From: the human T2T-CHM13v2.0 reference genome, Homo sapiens
Assembly (NCBI RefSeq): GCF_009914755.1
Contig: NC_060934.1
Reading direction: 5' to 3' (one strand)
Length of the DNA stretch: 64,000 nt
In this document: positions 13,586 through 28,574 of the stretch, in pieces
How positions within the stretch are numbered: the first letter of the stretch is position 1
How the letters are laid out: every line of letters begins with the position of its first letter
Position numbers and translations under genes: made by a program
Notes under the pieces: model-generated
Told to the model about the DNA's origin: nothing
Seen by the model: the letters and a program-made list of their open reading frames with translations, nothing else
The model's database searches: none

Positions 13586-15506
13586 CCTTCCTGCCCCATC
13601 CACACCAGTCTGTCTTTAGATAAGAAAATAAAAACTAATTAAAAAGCAAGCTTTTCTTATATTTCCATAGGTAGAAGACATAATTTTATATGAATCATTG
13701 ATGGTCCAGAGTTTACTTTGGGTAGTAAAGTGGGCAGGATGCCTACTGTCTGATGATCAATTTCCCAGAGGGAAATGATTATAAAATGTCATTATTACAA
13801 AGATTCAGAAGCTGTGCCAATACTCTCCTGCAACACACTTTCATTGTCTTCAAAACAGACTACTGATACCTTGAAGAAAATAAAAGTTCATTCTCAGTGT
13901 TTACAGTCTCTCTCTGCCACTTTTCATGATGTATTCTCTATTTTTGTTTCTGTTTCTTGCTTTTTATTAAAATCGGATCCCAGCAAAACAAAAAGTAACA
14001 TGGGACACTTTGGTTTTCAACTTTGTTCATAGTCAGCATATCATTGGATCTTAATAACAATCACATAATAGAAAAAGTTTTATCTCCATATGCTGAGTGA
14101 AAAACAAAAGGCCTAAGTGCCAAAGTGATTGACCATACATTTTACTTTCCCTTGGATAGTTTTGGTTTGTGCCTATTGTTCCGAAGCAATTTTTATTAAG
14201 GTTACTTTTCCCTTTTAAAAGTGTACTCATTTGGAGGATACCCTACTTTGATGGCATTATTGAAATAATTCACGTTATTATCCTCCCAGAGTTATCAAAT
14301 TTAATGCTTATTATTATGTAAAAGAATTTGAGGAATCAAGAGGCAGTAACTGACATCCTGAACTACTTTTGAGATCCAGCCAAGTCCCCAAACCTTTGTG
14401 CTATTTATTGCAAGTAACAGAAGTTCAAGTATTCTTTCCACCAAGTGAGAAATTTAATATTGCTCACATAACTAAGATATTTAAAGGCAGGAACCTATAC
14501 TAAGCACAAATAAAAATCAAACCAAACCTCAAATAGTATCTTTCTCTGTCCCTTTCTCCCTTTCTCCTCTGTCTCTCACCTCTGCTTTCTTCTGTATATA
14601 GACTACTTTAGTGTGCTGACAAACATCACAAGCAGCTGCAGTTTATATATATAAAACAATGAATATGTTGTAATCATTGGTACTAGCCTAACTTTTGGCG
14701 CTGCTGGCATTGAGAGAGGAGAAGGTTTACTTCCCCAAATAAAAATAAGAAGGAAGAATGGATTATGTATCTTGACAAGCAAACACAATAGTTGCTTACT
14801 ATTCTGTGTCTTTGTTGAATTAAAAAATTACATGAGATGGAAGTTGCAGTCTTAGATGTGAATCATTTTCTTACAAATTACATGATTAAAATTTTACCAT
14901 GGTAAATTCCATTCTGGAAGGGAAACGAAATAGTAGTTATTTCTCAGATTTGTGAGTAGACTACTGCAGATACACTTTCCCTGAGATATAAGTTGTGCAT
15001 AGTTCTCTGAATTTAATTGAACATAACATTCTCCCTTGGCAATTGTTTAACATTCATTCTCTTAAGATGTAGTTAATAATTACTGTGCAGTCCATCCTAG
15101 GTCATATGATTCACATCCAGGCCTGGCCAGAGCTGCCCACTTTGGATAAAAGTAACTGAGGATAAATGTATGATTATAAGCTCTGGAGGAACTGTGTCTT
15201 TATTTTAGCCATTTTTAGGCCCCTTGGTTCATCCTGAATTCTGCCAACTCTTCCACCATGCATCATCCCAATAGGTGAATAGGAAATACTTGTTAAACTA
15301 AAAAATAGCTTAGGTCTAGTAGTTTATTTTGATGCAAAAAGATTAAAAAGATGCTACACTATTCTAGGGCCAGTGTTACATTTTATAGAAACACTTAACA
15401 GTAGCAGGATTTTGTTGCTTTCTTGTTGCTAAAATATTAAGCAGTTTATTCACCTTAGTGGTGATTTATAACATATAGCTAATTCATTCATTTATTCATA
15501 TAACAC

Positions 15507-17237
<1,731 letters not shown>

Positions 17238-19224
17238 AATACATATTTATTGAGTGTCACTATTGTGCCAAACTCCAGGTTATCTAGTTTCTTCTTAGAT
17301 TCTTGCTAGTTTAAGAGTAGAGCTAACCTTTTTTTTTTTTGCTATACTGAGGAACATGTAGCAAGAAAATGTGGCAAATATTCTTAATCAGAAGTGAATA
17401 TCTATTGCAGTCTCATAAGAAGCTTCATCACAAAACTATTTAATCTAAACTCCCAAAATTTTATGTCTCAGAAAGTCTGGGGAAAATATGAGGAATGCAT
17501 AATTTTAACACATTCTTCAGATTATGCTTGCCATATACCGTGATGAAGCCTGGATACTTTATTTGAAGATACTCCAGCTGTAATAGAATCTAAAACATGT
17601 GCTCTATGGGTTATAAGGCAACCAAATAGCCTGATGCACAAGCCAACACTCAGTTCAGCTGCATTATCTGGTGTTTGAAGTGGTAGTGGGATCTCATCAG
17701 AGATGCGATTGGAGGTGGCCCAGAACTTGTGGAAACCTGAAATTTTTCAGAACGTGCAGTCAAGGGAGAGTAGGAATTAATGCTACCTTTTGTTTTGCTA
17801 TGATTAAATTCCTGCCATTTTTAGTTTGGACATAACACATTTCCTAAATGTTAGATTATGTAGGCAAACAGTAATGATGAAAGATCAATAAAATATTATT
17901 TTGTCCAGGGGCCTTACAATAATCTGTCATTGGAATTAAAATATCTTCTCCTCCTTTCTTTTCCTATCCCTTTATTTAAAAGCGACAAAAACTGAGACTA
18001 GTTTAGGAAAAACTAGAATTTAATGAATCATGTAATTAGAAAACAGGGACATAAAAAAATGTTTTTTTCTGTCTAGGCCTCATTTCCACCTTTTTATTGC
18101 AGAAAACCTTTCCCGCTGTGATATTATATGAGATGGGGAAATAGCTTCAGTCAGCTCTAGACTTACATTGAGCACTATCAAAATGGTGTGAAATAAGAGA
18201 TAAGTGAGAGGTAATGCCCCAGAAAAAATGTCTGTGCTTGGAAATTTTGAAGTGGCAGGTGGAAGTAGCTTTGGAGGTGCCCTTAAGACAAGGTGGATAG
18301 AGGTGCCAGGAGAATGAAAAACAATGACCTGTATATATTCTCCGAATGCTAATTATCCAAACAAAGAACAAGCTCTAAAAGGAGGCTTCTTATCAGACAT
18401 TAGGCATGATTAGCAAATACATTTTTCTCTGGTGTAGTATTTGAGAGGCCGTTTAGAGTTTAAAACAAAATACTAGCTTAATTATATTCCAAACTCAATT
18501 GAAACACTAGGGATAGTTCATACAGAAGCTTAGTATTATTTATTTATTCCTGTTCAGACTATATCTAGCTGTTTGGCTGTTACTGTTGTTTTATAGACAG
18601 TTTTCAATTTGTTATAACTCCTGATATTTCTACATTTATTATTCTATGTGATTCTGAAAACTGGTGTGTCATATTTGTATCACACACCTGTTGGCCAGTA
18701 GTATTACAGTAATCCTCTAATGAAATCAAGACTTGTGATGATTTGAGGTTTTTTTTTTTTTTCTCTTCTTTAATTTGTCCTTCACCTTCGCTGTGATTAA
18801 ATATGTTCTCTTCAATAAGTACTATAAAATGTTGTTCTTTAATTTTTTGGTTAATATAAATAACAGTTTAATCCCAACATCAGAAAGGTAAATGATTTTT
18901 TGTACATTTCTCCACTAAAGAATTTGGTATACAAAAATATGGTATATGTTTTTGTTGGTACATTTTTCTACATCTTAATATTTTTAAAATATATTTTCCA
19001 ATGGATGTCAAAGTAAACGTGCTAGCCATTCTATCTCTTCCTCTCTTCTTTGATCTCATTTTACTTTTCTCTTCTTCCTTCTTTTTTTCCCCTAAAGATC
19101 TTACTAAATTTTGCTTTTCTTTATCATTGATAACATTTTTCTTCTTAATAGAAAGGAAATATGATCATTCACGTCACGTTAGGTGAATTGTCTGAATGTA
19201 GATCACATCAGAAGAGGTGGTGCA

Positions 19225-19352
19225 TAAATATTTGAGGTGATGGATATGCCAATTACCCTGATTTGCTCAGTACACATTTTATACATGTATCAAAATATTA
19301 CCTGTACTCCCAAAATGTGTACAACTGTGATATATCAAGACTATTTTAAAAA
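19225..19352 (+). mobile_element. L1MA 3'-end fragment
   Basis: tttgaggtgatggatatgccaattaccctgatttg...atacatgtatcaaaatatta...tgtactcccaaaat. Confidence 0.8.
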
Positions 19353-19359
19353 GAAGAGG

Positions 19360-19600
19360 CGATGTAAGGTAGCCATTGAGACATTGAGAGCACAGACTTT
19401 AGTAACAGACTGTCTCTGTGTGAATCCTGGTTCTGCTTCTTATTAGCTATGTGACTTTGGGCAACCTTTCTGTGCTTGCAGTGGCTCATTTGGAAAAATT
19501 GATAACACAAAATTACATATATATCATAGAGTTTTTAAAAGCGTAAGTATATTAAGTATGTAAAGTGTTTGGAATCATACAACGTATTATATATGTAAAA
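19360..19600 (+). mobile_element. MIR SINE
   Basis: gagagcacagacttt...gtgtgaatcctggttctgcttcttattagctatgtgactttgggcaa. Confidence 0.8.
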
Positions 19601-21914
19601 TAACCATTATTGTCAGGCACTATTAGAACTGTATCTTCTCACATTTCTCATAGAACCATATTCATTTATTACACATTTATAAGGGGAAATTTTCATCTCA
19701 AGCTTTCGATAAAGGTAGAAATACATTGTTTTTTTTAAAGACAATAATAATGACAGCATTCTATAAATGTTTTTGGTTTATTTTGATTACTGATAGCAAG
19801 AAAAGCAGCATGAGCTAATAGGAGTTATTGTTCTAATTGCAGTTATAAGAGGCTTAATAAGGTAAAAATTACAAATTGGATTTTCAAGAAGCCTAAAAAT
19901 GATACCATGGTTTATGATTAATAAAAATATAACAAAGTCTGAGATATCCTCATGCATGTGAGAGAGTCAGTTAGAATGACTGTGCTCCTGGGAACATTCT
20001 GAAATCACAGCAGCAAAAGAACATGATTACTTCCCTGAAATTTGATTGTGTTTTTTACTTTGGGATCCTGGGAATATAAAAAGTTGAAAACATACAATGT
20101 ATAAGCAGCAAGATACAATAAGTGAAGCCATAATCTACCATCATAAAAGTTCAAGATAGTATTTTTATAAGTCAGAATAAAAGTTTTAAACTTTAAAATT
20201 ATATTCTGAGGAACAATGAATTGAAACAGATAAGTATTATAATCACCTTGAGTTTATTACAGGATCATTTAGCTAAGAGGTTGAAAATAGCTTTTTCCCC
20301 TGAATTTTATAGGTCCATTCATGCACTGGTGAGTTTTTTTCCCCAGCTTTGTCTTCTTATTTTAAATGTTCCTGTAATAAACATAGGTCCTAGAGATTAA
20401 GTTCTTAATTTTTTTACTCTGTTCAAAGTAGAGTTCTATTTTCTAAAAATTGATTGGTAATTTGTCTTTGAATAGCAACTTGTATAACTTAAGAATTTAC
20501 ACATAATTGTCTTAAGAATATTTGACAATTTTTATAAATCAGTCTGTCAAAAATATGCTTTAAGTAAGAATATATAAGTTGTATAACTATACATTTATTT
20601 CTACCTAATAGAAAAAATGGGAAAAAGTGAATTTTTTATATTCAACATATTGTCTAAGTAGCTAGCTATTTTACATGGGACAAACTTAGCCTCTTTCTAA
20701 AAGATCCAGCAAATTCATATGACGCCAAACACACAGACAAGATATGAAAAGTCATGGAAAAAATAATAAGAAAGATTACACATGAAGGGGTGATTACCTA
20801 ATTTTGCTGCTGCATTTAGATACCAGACTCTGTGGTCTCTACCTGGTACCCTCATGTCTATGTGACAACACTTGAAGAATTTTTTCTCTCTGTATGTGCA
20901 TGCGTGTGTGTGATATTTTAAGTGTGCATACAATATGTGAAGAGTGTGGCTTCCAGACTGTATATTGCTTAAAGTACAGGTTTATGCAGTCATGTAATGA
21001 TCCATTGAGGATCTATGTTAGCTTTGTAGTCAGTCTCCAGTTCATCACCAAACACTTGGGATAAACTTTAACCAATATGAATGAGGAAAGCATTCTGATC
21101 TGAACTGGATTCAATTTTCTTCCTATTCTGTACCCTACATAGTTGTGTTGTATTTGCTATCAGTCATTGTTATTAAGGCCTTATTAGAGGCCGAATGTCC
21201 CTAGTCTTTGTTTATGGATTTGTTTAAAGTAAGTGCTTTTAGTATAGATTCTTGAAAAATCGATTTGTCAGGACTGCTTGCTTCCTTCCAGTGAAGTTTG
21301 AAAAACTCTGGCTGTCTACTTTCTTCCCACAAGACTGGCTACATGAAATTTCAGATCAAGCTCTTGATCCTTAAGCCATCTCTTTAGTTTTCTCCTCCCT
21401 AATGTGCATCCTCTACAAACTGGAGGGTGATTTGCAATTTAAATATGATTTAGTGAAAAAGGTCATTTTCTTCTTAAAGTCAGCACTCAAAAGATATTCT
21501 CCTGCCTCTCGAATAAAGCAACTAAGGAATACAATTGCTTAATTAATCCTCTCTTGCCCTACTATGTAACTTAGGGTAGACATTTTGAGGCAGAGAAACT
21601 AAGGAAGGCTATGCTAACCTTTAAGCGAATTAAAACATAGTCAACTTTTAACTTTCCAGATGCACTAGTTACATAAAATGAATGAAAGAAATTAGGATTT
21701 TTCACAACTTTATTCCCACCAGTGAGATATTGTATAAATATCATATATAAAGCAAACAAATATGTATTGGTAGGAACATATTTTTGAAAAGTCTAGATCT
21801 AGGTGCTGACTTCATGTACTTATCTTTTAATATTTTTGATGCTCCTATTCCCATCTTCCATTTGTATCAGTTGCAAAAATAAAATGAGAAAGGAGTAAAA
21901 TTCAATGAGAAATG

Positions 21915-24290
21915 GATAGCAAAATTAACAATAGATGAGAACTTCTTCAACTTTATAAAGAACATCTACAAAGAAACCTACAGTTAATATTATACTTAAT
22001 GGTGAGAAAATAGAAGCTTTCTCATTAAGATCAAGAAAAAGCCAGGATGACCCCTCTCACCACTCTTTTCCAACATTTTACTGGAAGTCCAGGCTAATGC
22101 AAAGCTGTGATCTAAATGTTTGCATTTCTTCAAAATGTATATGGGAAATCCTAATTTCCAAGGTGATGACATTAAAAGTTGGAGCCTTTCAGAAGTGATT
22201 AGGTCATGAGGGTAGAGCCTAATGGGTGGGATTAGCACCCTTGTAAAAGAGAGATTAGGGAGGAAGAAATAAAACTGTCTTTGTTCATAGATAACACTCT
22301 GTTCTGTGGAGAAAATCTCAGACTCTACAAACCAACTCTCAACTAATAAGTGATTATAGCAAGGTGACAGAATACACAGTTAATGTACAAAAGTAAGTCA
22401 CTTTCCTATATACAAGCAATGAACAAATTAATTTTGAGTTTAGAAACACAATCATATTTATATTAGCACCAAAAATTAAAAAAAACTTAGATATGTCTAA
22501 AAAAACATGAAAAAAGCCTACATGAGGAAAACTACAAAATTCTCATGAAAGAAATCAAAGATGAACTAAATAAATGGAGAGGTGTTCTGTGTTCATAGAT
22601 AAGAAGACTCAGTAATCCAAATATAAATCCTAGAAAGTTATTTTGTGGATATGACAAACCAATTCTGAAGTTTATATGGGAGATAAAACATTCAGAATAG
22701 CTAACACAATACGGAAAGAGAACAAAGTTAGACTGACACTACCTAACTTCAAGATTTACTATAAATCTACAGTAATCAAGACAGTGTGATATTGGCAAAA
22801 TAATAAATAGAAAAATGGAACAGAATACAGAGCCCAGAATAGACCCATATAAATAAAGCCAACTGATCTTTTTGACAAGAAAGCAAAGATTATAAATGGA
22901 GAAAAACTTTGCAACGAATGGTTCCAGAGCAACTAGGCATATACATGCAAAAATATGAATTTAGACACAGATCTTACTCCCTTCATAGAAACTAACTCAA
23001 AATGGATCACAGACTTAAATGTAAAATTCAAAACTGTTAAATGCCTAGAAGATAACAGGGAAAAAAAATCTAGATAACCTTGGGTATGGTTCTGTTATTT
23101 TTGTTACAACACCAAAGGCACAAAGTAATTGATAAGCTGGACTCCATAAAATTTTTAAAAATTCTATGAAAAATATTAAGAAAATGAAAAGACAATTCAT
23201 AGTGAAAATCTTTGCAAAGGACATATCTGAAAAGGGACTGGTATCCAAAATATAAAAACTCTCAAAAATCAACAATAAGAAAACAAATGACCCAACTGAA
23301 ACATGGGCAAATGATCTGAAGACACCAAAGAAGATATGCAGATGCCAAGTAAGTATGTGAAAAAAGTTCAATATCATATTTCATTAGGGAACTGCAAATT
23401 TTAAAAGCAATGAGACACCACTATACACTGATTAGAACGGTGAAATCCAAACCATCTTCAATGCAAATGCTGGTGAGGCTATGGAGCAACAGGAACTTTC
23501 ATTCATTACTAGTGGGAATGCAAAATGGTATAGCTACTTTAGAAGACATATTGATGGTTTCTTATAAAACTACACATATTCTTAGCATGAGCTAGCATTT
23601 GCATTGTTTTGTTTTACCCAAATAAGTGGACAATTGTCTCCACAAAAAACCTGTACATAAATGTTTATAGCAGTTTTTATAGTCACCAAAGCCTGGAAGC
23701 AAGCAACTGAGATGTCCTTCTGTGAATGGGTGGATAAATAAACTGTGGTACATCCAGACAATGAATATTATTCAGTGTTAAAAACTCATGAAAAGACATA
23801 GAGAAATTTTAAGTGTGTGGTGAAGAAAGAAGCGATAAAAGCCAGTCTTAAAAGACTCCATAATATGTGATTCCAACTTTGACATTCTAAAAAAAACCCC
23901 AAAACTATGGGGATGGTATAAAGATCAATGGTTACCAGGGGTTGGGAGAAAGGACAGTTGAACAGGTAGAGCACAGGTTTTAGAGCAGTGAAACTGTTCT
24001 GTAAGATAGAGTTATGGCAGACACATGTCATTATATGTTTGTCAAAACCCAGTGAATTTACAAGAGTAATAGTGAAGCTTAATATAAAGGATGAACTTTG
24101 GGTTGTAATGATGTGTCAATGTTGGTTCATTAATTGTAACAAATGTTACAGTGATGGTTCTTGATAGCGGAAGTGGCTGTGAGTTTGTAGAGGCTGGGTA
24201 TGTAAGGAAACTCTGTACCTTCTACTACATTTTGCTGTGAACTTAGAACTGCTCTAAAAAAAAAGTCTATTAAAAACATTTTAAAAAAAG
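21915..24290 (+). mobile_element. L1MC (L1MC1/2-like), 5'-truncated, ORF2 3' part plus 3' UTR
   Basis: ORF2 homology (cccctctcaccactcttttccaacattttactggaagtcc) through to the L1MC 3' end tttgctgtgaacttagaactgctctaaaaaaaaagtctatt. Confidence 0.88.
22106..22252 (+). mobile_element. MLT1A LTR 5' fragment nested in L1MC
   Basis: tgtgatctaaatgtttg...agtgattaggtcatgagggtagagcc...ggattagcacccttgtaaaaga; homologous to 6866-7012. Confidence 0.8.
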
Positions 24291-24299
24291 ATAGCAATT

Positions 24300-24360
24300 T
24301 GTGTTTCAGTTAGCTTTTGCTGTGTATCAAACTACCGTAATCTTAGTGGCTTAAAACAAT
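24300..24360 (-). mobile_element. MLT1 LTR 3'-end fragment
   Basis: tgtgtttcagttagcttttgctgtgt...cttagtggcttaaaacaa. Confidence 0.6.
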
Positions 24361-24586
24361 TGTTTTAGTAAATAATCATGACAAAGCATTCTGGAAATAT
24401 AAGTAAAATGAGCAAGGAAGCCAAGATAATGACTAATTGATGCACACTATTAAAACCAAAAAGTGAATCTAATTAGGACTGCCAAACTCACCCTTCCTTG
24501 ATTGCACTGAGTGGCTTGCTTTTTGGTGTGTTTTTTTTTTTCCTTCCATGAAGCTGATGGCTCTTGTAGCTGAAGGCTGCACTGCT

Positions 24587-24648
24587 GAGTGCTGTAATAT
24601 AACCTTCACTGGCTCATAGAGTGCTGTAATATAACCTTCACACTCATA
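24587..24648. repeat. ~32-bp tandem duplication inside the LTR
   Basis: gagtgctgtaatataaccttcac(tgg/a)ctcata x2. Confidence 0.88.
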
Positions 24649-25004
24649 GATAACATTTATAAATTACTATAGTAGCAGTTGCTTCAGTTGTTTTCAGGAG
24701 CTTGAGGTAGCATCAGTCCTGTTCAAACTGGTTGAGGCCCTCAACCCTTCAATAGAACTTGTGCAAATATGAGAGAGATTTTTTTCTTGATGTCAGAGGG
24801 CCAAAAACTCCACTCTCACATCATGCTAACACCAACAAGTTCTAAACATATGTTCTGTGAAATGGCATGAATCCCTACTATGCTTGCAATAGATCACTGA
24901 TGATTTGATTTCTGTCTACTACCAATCACGTTTTTTTTCCCACACAATAGACCACACACTTCTAACCCATAAATATCTCTAAGCCTTATTTTGGGGGAGG
25001 CAGA

Positions 25005-25163
25005 TTTTTAAAACATGTGTCTATTTAGGGGGTACAAGTCAGGTTTCTTACATGCATACGTTGTGTATTGGTGTAGTCTGAGCTTTTAGTGTACCTATCA
25101 GCCGAATAGTGAACATCGTCTCCAATAGGTATTTTTCAACCCTCACCTGCCTTCTACCCTTTT
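25005..25163 (-). mobile_element. Short L1PB/old-L1PA 3'-end insertion
   Basis: gggggtacaagtcaggtttcttacatgcatacgttg...gtacctatcagccgaatagtgaacat...ggtatttttcaaccctc; interrupts ggcagattt|gagacctg of the LTR. Confidence 0.8.
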
Positions 25164-25481
25164 TGAGACCTGTTCTGCCTCCTCACTTGGCTGCTTTGTG
25201 AATAAACTCTTCCTTTTTTGCAAGACTCATTGTCTCATTGATTGGCTTGTTGCATGTGGGTAGAAGAGACCTGGTTCTATAACACTATGAAGAGATAATC
25301 AAATGTTTACATGTGAACCAATAAAATATACATTGTCCACTTAACTTTCCCTAGGTTTCTAGATATACAATCAGAAATGCTCTGACTTTTAACAAAGTCA
25401 TTCACAAATAGGCTTTTATTTCAAAAGCAATAAAAGAAATTTTGTACTTTCTTGGATTTCCAATACCCTATATATGTTCTG

Positions 25482-25722
25482 GTGATTATAGTGATTAAAA
25501 CAGTTTGCCTAATACTTAGATTGTGCTTGCTTTACTAGTTATTAGGTATGAAGATTTGGGTAGATTATCCAATAATTCTATGTTTCTGTAGCCACACTAT
25601 AAAAGGGAGAAAGTAGTGAATAAACTATATCATAGAATTGTGGGAATCAAATGATATAATGAATGCAAAGTTGTGCTTATCACACTGCCTAGGTCTTGGT
25701 AAGTTCATCATAAAAATAAGCT
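25482..25722 (+). mobile_element. MIR SINE
   Basis: catagaattgtgggaatcaaatgatataatgaatgcaaag...cacactgcctagg...gtaag. Confidence 0.65.
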
Positions 25723-26174
25723 CTTGTACTAATTAAGAATGAACATACTCTGCTGTTGTCATTTTATTCTTTTCTCTTTTAAAATTAAAGAAATTATTTC
25801 TGTTAAAATACAGACTTTATTCGCAGTAGATAGTAATTCTTCCATTGCAGAGTTTTGATTTCCACATATCTCAGAAATGTACTATTCAAAAAAAAAGTAT
25901 TTCAAACTTTTCAATCATATATAGATTTCTGATAGCAATAGTTGGATTATTATGTGGGATGCCATTTTATTTTTTCCTGTAGCAATTTTTCTTCCTCAAA
26001 GGGAGGAAAAATACTGTTAACAATGCTGCCAAATTGCCTCTTGATACTTGATTTATATTCATCATAGGAAACTATTCAGACTATACTTTTAAAGCTATTT
26101 GCAAAAAGCCAATAAGTCCTCCCTAAGAATTTAATGTTATAGTCCCAAAACACATTGTAGGTAATTAAAAATAA

Positions 26175-27180
26175 TCTTTGTATTTTAGGGCAATTTTTGA
26201 TTTACAGAAATATTAAGCAGGTAATACAGATAGTTTCCAATACTCCACATCCTGTTTCACTTTTCAAGGGTTATGTTACATTAGTATAGTACAAGTGACT
26301 CAATATTGATTGGTACATTATTAGCTACAATCTGTTACTTTTTCAGATTTTCTTAGTTTTCACCTAACGTCTGTTTTATGTCGGCGTTCAATTCAGGATA
26401 TCACATTATATTTTGTCATGACTCCTTAGGCTTCTTGTGACTATAAGAATTTCTCATTTTCCTTTTTTTTCCCACAGCCTTGACAGTTTTAAGGAGCATT
26501 TATCACATGTTTTATAAAATGCCTTTCAGTATGGACTTGTGTATTTCTCCTGATTATACTCGACATCTGTTTTTGAGAGGAAAACAATATAAATTGCCAT
26601 TCTCATCGCATCATATTAAAAATATATAATATCAATATGACTTATCACTGTTGGTGCTGACTTTGATCACTTGGCTGAGGTAGTATTTGTCAGGTTTCTC
26701 CATTATAAAATTACTCTTCCCCCTAATCCCTTTTCATTCAGTACTCTTTGGACAAGAGTCATCATGTTCAGTCAACTTGAAAAAGGGTAGGAAGTTGCGC
26801 TCCACTTCCTTGATAACTGAATGTCTACATAGATTCTTTTAAAAATTTTGCACAGGAGATTGGTCTATTCTGTCCCATGTAGTCTATAATTTACTTATGT
26901 CAGTATAAATTATGAATATTCATTTTACACTTTGACTTGGAATTTAATGCTACTGTATTTTATTGATCAAAATGTTCCAGAGACAGCCTTTGAAATAACC
27001 CAATATTTTTATGTGTATATATGTGTGTCTTCTCCTCAAGCACTTACTTACTTTGCAGCATTACAAAATGCTCCAATCTCGTCATGCATATTTCATGCTC
27101 CAATCCTAGAATCAATCATTTCTTCAATGATTCATTTTATTTGAAAATTGTAGTAGAAATCAAAAGCTGGGTTCAAGTCA
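26175..27180 (-). mobile_element. L1MC3/4-like 3' region
   Basis: tttacagaaatattaagcag...caggatatcacatt...gtcatgactccttaggct...ctttgatcacttggctgaggtagtatttgtcaggtttctcca. Confidence 0.75.
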
Positions 27181-27254
27181 CTAAGCAATTTTATTCTATT
27201 GAAATATTTATATATAATATGTAATAAAGAGAAGTCTCAAATTGCATTTTTTCT

Positions 27255-27502
27255 CATTTTTTAATTAATAGACTTTATAATTGAGTAAAGTTTTAGATTT
27301 ATAGAAAAATTGCAAAGATAGTACAGAGAGCTCCCATATCACTTCAAATCCTGCATACCATTTCCCTTGTTGTTAACATCTTGCAGTAGTACAGTATATT
27401 GGGTATAATTAATGAAACAATATTAACATATTACTGTTACTTTAAGTCTATAGTTAATTCAGATATCCTAATTTTTTTTATATAATGCTTTTTTTCTATT
27501 CC
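27255..27502 (-). mobile_element. Second L1MC3/4-like 3'-end fragment
   Basis: ttttagatttatagaaaaattgcaaagatagtacagagagctcccata...gttaacatcttgca. Confidence 0.75.
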
Positions 27503-28270
27503 ACTTAACATATAATCTACTTTCAACAAATTTTTAGGTGCACAATACTGTTAACTAGAGGCTCATTGTTGGAAAGCAGATCTCTAGAATTTATTCATCT
27601 CACATAATTGAACTTTATACTTGTTGAACACCAACTCCCCACTTTCCCCCTCTCCTGCTTTCCTAGAAATCACCATTCTACTCTGTTTCTGTGAGTTTGA
27701 TGATTTTATTTACCTCACATAAGTGGAATCATAAGCTGTTTGTCCTTCTGTGACTAGGTTATTTCACTTAGCATAATGTCTTTTATGTTCATCCATGTTG
27801 TTCCATATGGCAGGATTTCCTTTTTCTTAAGAAGATGGATAGTATTTTATTGTATGCTTTTACTACACTGTCTTTATCCTTTCATTAATTAATGTGCATA
27901 CAGGTGTTGCCATATCTGGACTGTTGTAAAAAGTGCTAGAGTGAACATGGGAGTGCAGATATCTTCAGGACCCTGAGGTTAATTTTTTGGATATAGACCC
28001 AGAAGTGGAATTGCTGGATCTTAAGTATGCATTTTAAGGAACAATAAAAAAGAATAATCTAAGCCCAATGTTAGCAGAAGCAAGGATGTAAAGATTAGAA
28101 CAGGTGTAAATGAAATAGAGAATAGAAAAACAATAGAAAAAATTAACAAGACTGAGTTGGGTTCTAGAAAAGATAAACATAGCTGACAAATCTTTAGCTA
28201 GACTAAGAAAAAGAGAAGACTTAAATCAGAAATGAGAGAAGAGACATTACAACTAAGGTCACAGAAACTT
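27503..28270 (-). mobile_element. L1MA9/10-like 3' end (27503-28020, minus) abutting a plus-oriented ORF2 segment (~28035-28270)
   Basis: cacttaaca...agcagatctctagaatttattcatct...agaagtggaattgctggatc, then plus-strand aatgaaatagagaatagaaaaacaatagaaaaaattaac. Confidence 0.75.
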
Positions 28271-28325
28271 ATGAAAAAGGGATTTAAGAAATTACTATTT
28301 TCTTACATTTATTTATTTATTTATT

Positions 28326-28408
28326 TCTCACAACAACACTGTGAGGTAATTATTCCTCCCTCATTTTACATGTAAGGGAATCGATTCTTAATGAGATTAA
28401 GTAGCTCA
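28326..28408 (-). mobile_element. MIR fragment
   Basis: ctcacaacaacactgtgaggtaattattcctccctcattttacatgtaagggaa. Confidence 0.7.
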
Positions 28409-28426
28409 AACACATATATATGTATA

Positions 28427-28506
28427 ATATGTTATTACATGTAACATATAATAACATATGTTATATGTTATTACATGTAACATATAATAACATATGTTAT
28501 ATGTTA
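28427..28506. repeat. AT-rich 36-bp tandem repeat (2.2 copies) built from short palindromes
   Basis: atatgttattacatgtaacatataataacatatgtt x2 exactly; contains the palindromes ttacatgtaa and aacatatgtt. Confidence 0.9.
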
Positions 28507-28574
28507 TATAATACACATATATTTCAAAGACAGAGTGTGTATGTATATATATATGGCAGCACACAGATGTTTAT

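Larger units (their letters stand above)
24361..25284 (+). mobile_element. ERV1 solo LTR, MER39-like, with nested L1 fragment
   Basis: TG...CA ends; tgatgtcagagggccaaaaactccactctcacatcatgctaac; TATA-like cccataaata; aataaac at 25201. Confidence 0.65.

Noticed and set aside
11150-13680. Strong-looking splice acceptors (ending 11174 and 13670)
   Set aside because: No matching donor or open frame; polypyrimidine-AG runs are common in AT-rich DNA.
28427-28506. 36-bp palindromic repeat superficially like a CRISPR repeat
   Set aside because: The units are directly adjacent with no spacers, no cas genes are present, and the context is mammalian.
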